Positions 62,079-64,000 of a stretch of DNA of 64,000 nucleotides are shown in pieces. Within the stretch, counting starts at the first letter, position 1, and each line of letters opens with the position of its first letter. Made by a program: the position numbers and the translations under genes. The stretch is taken from IMG/VR virus record IMGVR_UViG_3300032237_001007, positions 47,021-111,020 of that record; one strand, 5' to 3'. Below the pieces are notes generated by a model. It was not told where the DNA came from and did no database searches. It was given only the letters and a program-made list of their open reading frames with translations. The DNA comes from a virus. Taxonomy: Duplodnaviria > Caudoviricetes.

Positions 62079-62726
62079 ATGACTGCTACAATTGCTACAC
62101 GTCGCTCAACTACTTCGGCGTGGGATCAGTTTTGTAACTGGATTACTTCAACGAACAATCGTCTTTATGTTGGTTGGTTCGGAACTCTGATGATTCCAAC
62201 ATTGCTTGCCGCAACCACAATGTTTATTATTGCATTTATTGGTGCCCCAAGTGTGGACATTGATGGTATTAGAGAACCCGTTGCTGGGTCTTTAATGTGG
62301 GGAAATAACATCATTTCTGGTGCCGTTGTTCCTTCTTCTAATGCTATCGGTTTGCATTTTTACGCAATCTGGGATGCTGCTTCCCTTGATGAATGGCTCT
62401 ATAATGGTGGACCATACCAGTTTATTGTTTTTCACTTCCTTATTGGTGTGTGGTGCTATGCTGGTAGAGAATGGGAACTTTCCTATCGTCTTGGAATGCG
62501 TCCTTGGATTTTTGTTGCCTTTACTGCACCTGCGGCTGCTGCAACCGCAGTATTTCTCATCTATCCAATCGGACAAGGTTCCTTCTCTGATGGAATGCCC
62601 CTAGGCATCTCTGGCACATTTAATTATATGCTTGTATTTTCCGCAGAACACAACATTCTTATGAATCCGTTTCATATGTTAGGTGTTGCTGGTGTATTTG
62701 GTGGTTCTCTGTTTAGTGCTATGCAT
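62079..62726 (+). CDS. psbA: Photosystem II D1 protein, exon 1 (216 codons, ends ...FSAMH)
   Basis: Unmistakable D1 sequence; similarity breaks exactly after the His215-equivalent codon. Confidence 0.97.
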
Positions 62727-63619
62727 AGGGAACTGTGCCCTTGCTGAGTAATCAGTAAGTGAAAATCGGGTGAATTGCTGGAACCCTAAGTTACTAAAAT
62801 GTTACTTGACTTATATAAATAACTCTGGTAACATAAACTTTATGACTAACCAGTACTTATCTTTTATTGAGGAATGTAAATCAAAAACATATCCTCCCAA
62901 TACATATCTTGAAGAACACCATATTGTTCCAAAACACGATGGTGGGTCAGATAACTCAGAAAATCTAATTTTATTATCCTTTGAAGACCACATACTCGCA
63001 CATAAAATAAGGTACGATGTATACAGTCAAGTTTATGACTTAGCAGCATATAACTTGATGTGTGGTTTTGATAGTGAAGGTTGGAGACTTCTTAGAGTTG
63101 AAGGTGCTTATAAAACACACGAAGCACTAAAATTATCCAAGAAAAACTTTTGGAGTTCTGATTATCAAAAAGAAATGTCTGCTCGTTCTGTAAAGTCTGA
63201 GTATGCTATGAAAATGAGAAGTGTTGGTGGTAAAATTGGTGGTAAGAATAGAAACAAAAATGTTGCTATTACTTCTACTGATAAGTATATTTTCTCTCAT
63301 AATAAAGTTGAAACAGTTTGTGTAATAAACTGCGAAACTGGTGGAGAAGTTTTAGAAGAACTACAAAAAATAGTTCCCAATCAAAACTTCAAAAGGGTAA
63401 CACCTTTATTAAAAAAACAGAGAGAAAATGCATATGGTTGGTCTTGTGAAAAGTTTAGTAATACGGCAATCAGCAGCCAAGTCTCAGATGCATCTGAGAA
63501 AGGTTCAGAGACTACCTGAGGGGTTTAGTCCCCTTAATAACAGGAATAAGTGCCCGACAACCTAATGCAACTTAGGTTGATGATATAGTCCACTCCTTAT
63601 GAAAATAAGGTATAATAGG
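62727..63619 (+). mobile_element. Group I intron 1 in psbA (893 nt)
   Basis: P1 GCAU/GUGC with U-G at splice site; P10 GGGAAC/GUUCCC; core AATTGCTGGAA, AATCAGCAG, TCAGAGACTA, ATATAGTCC; terminal G; removal restores AMH-GSLVT. Confidence 0.93.
62842..63519 (+). CDS. Intron-encoded HNH homing endonuclease
   Basis: EEHHIVPKHDGGSD..ENLI.L...DH..AH; own TATAAATA at 62814-62821. Confidence 0.88.
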   Translation: MTNQYLSFIEECKSKTYPPNTYLEEHHIVPKHDGGSDNSENLILLSFEDHILAHKIRYDVYSQVYDLAAYNLMCGFDSEGWRLLRVEGAYKTHEALKLSKKNFWSSDYQKEMSARSVKSEYAMKMRSVGGKIGGKNRNKNVAITSTDKYIFSHNKVETVCVINCETGGEVLEELQKIVPNQNFKRVTPLLKKQRENAYGWSCEKFSNTAISSQVSDASEKGSETT

Positions 63620-63976
63620 GGTTCCCTCGTAACCTCTTCACTGGTTCGTGAAACTACCGAAACTGAATCCCAAAATAAAGGATATAAGTTCGGTCAAGAG
63701 GAGGAAACATATAATATCGTAGCCGCACACGGGTATTTTGGTCGTCTTATTTTCCAATATGCGTCCTTTAATAACTCCCGTTCACTCCATTTCTTCCTCG
63801 CAGCTTGGCCTGTTGTAGGTATTTGGTGTGCTGCTCTTGGTATTGCAGTTTCTTCTGCGAACTTGAACGGTCTAAACTTTAATGGTTCTATTATGGATAA
63901 CCAAGGAAGAACTATTAAAACTTGGGCAGATTTATTGAATTCTGCCAATCTTGGTATTGAAGTTATGCACGAGCGT
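63620..63976 (+). CDS. psbA: Photosystem II D1 protein, exon 2 (GSLVT...EVMHER)
   Basis: Continues D1 in frame after intron removal. Confidence 0.95.
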
Positions 63977-64000
63977 CAAGTTGTGCTTTGCGCTCTTTAA
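63977..64000 (+). mobile_element. 5' end of second group I intron in psbA (truncated by window)
   Basis: D1 similarity stops after Arg334 codon CGT; P1 GAGCGU/GCGCUC with U-G; AAGTTGTGC complements the expected A-H-N-F codons of the next exon. Confidence 0.8.

Noticed and set aside
889-63948. Many short antisense or alternate-frame ORFs nested in long genes (e.g. 3309-3671, 6366-6824, 15296-15709, 30760-31143)
   Set aside because: Shadows of the coding strand; no RBS, promoter or recognisable motif
62079-64000. psbA as a broken pseudogene; ORF ends RELCPC* and QVVLCAL*, and ORF start at 63599
   Set aside because: Both breaks have group I P1/P10 pairings and intron 1 removal restores the frame; those termini are intron sequence
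1-64000. Alternative genetic code (stop-codon reassignment)
   Set aside because: Core genes are full length in the standard code and TAA, TAG and TGA all end genes; no suppressor tRNA seen

Overview
AT-rich segment of a T4-like cyanobacterial myovirus genome (Kyanoviridae-like; gene content suggests a freshwater lineage, which is inference). Almost everything is on the + strand. Order: end of gp46; a VWA/metallopeptidase, free-standing HNH endonuclease and CobS-like AAA+ ATPase; replication module (gp45, gp44, gp62, regA, hsp20, gp43, uvsX, gp41, mazG); late virion-type genes; gp61, nrdA (with a mini-intein) and nrdB; an accessory block (L,D-transpeptidase, GH19 endolysin, fatty-acid desaturase, two DUF1003 proteins, tail-type lysozyme, Hc1-like protein); four tRNAs interleaved with about five unexplained structured RNAs; SLH/beta-barrel outer-membrane protein, dps and a wcaG-type RNA; a 17-kb glycan biosynthesis island containing a RuBisCO-like protein; two hli genes; and an unusually divergent psbA split by two group I introns (the first encodes an HNH endonuclease, the second runs off the window). 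Best candidates for undescribed biology: (1) the nucleotidyltransferase-cupin-RuBisCO-like-phosphodiesterase cassette in the glycan island, (2) the non-tRNA structured RNAs in the tRNA array, (3) a dispersed family of modular, apparently protease-processed capsid-internal proteins, (4) the atypical D1. All family assignments are from motif recognition by eye; no searches or folding programs were run.
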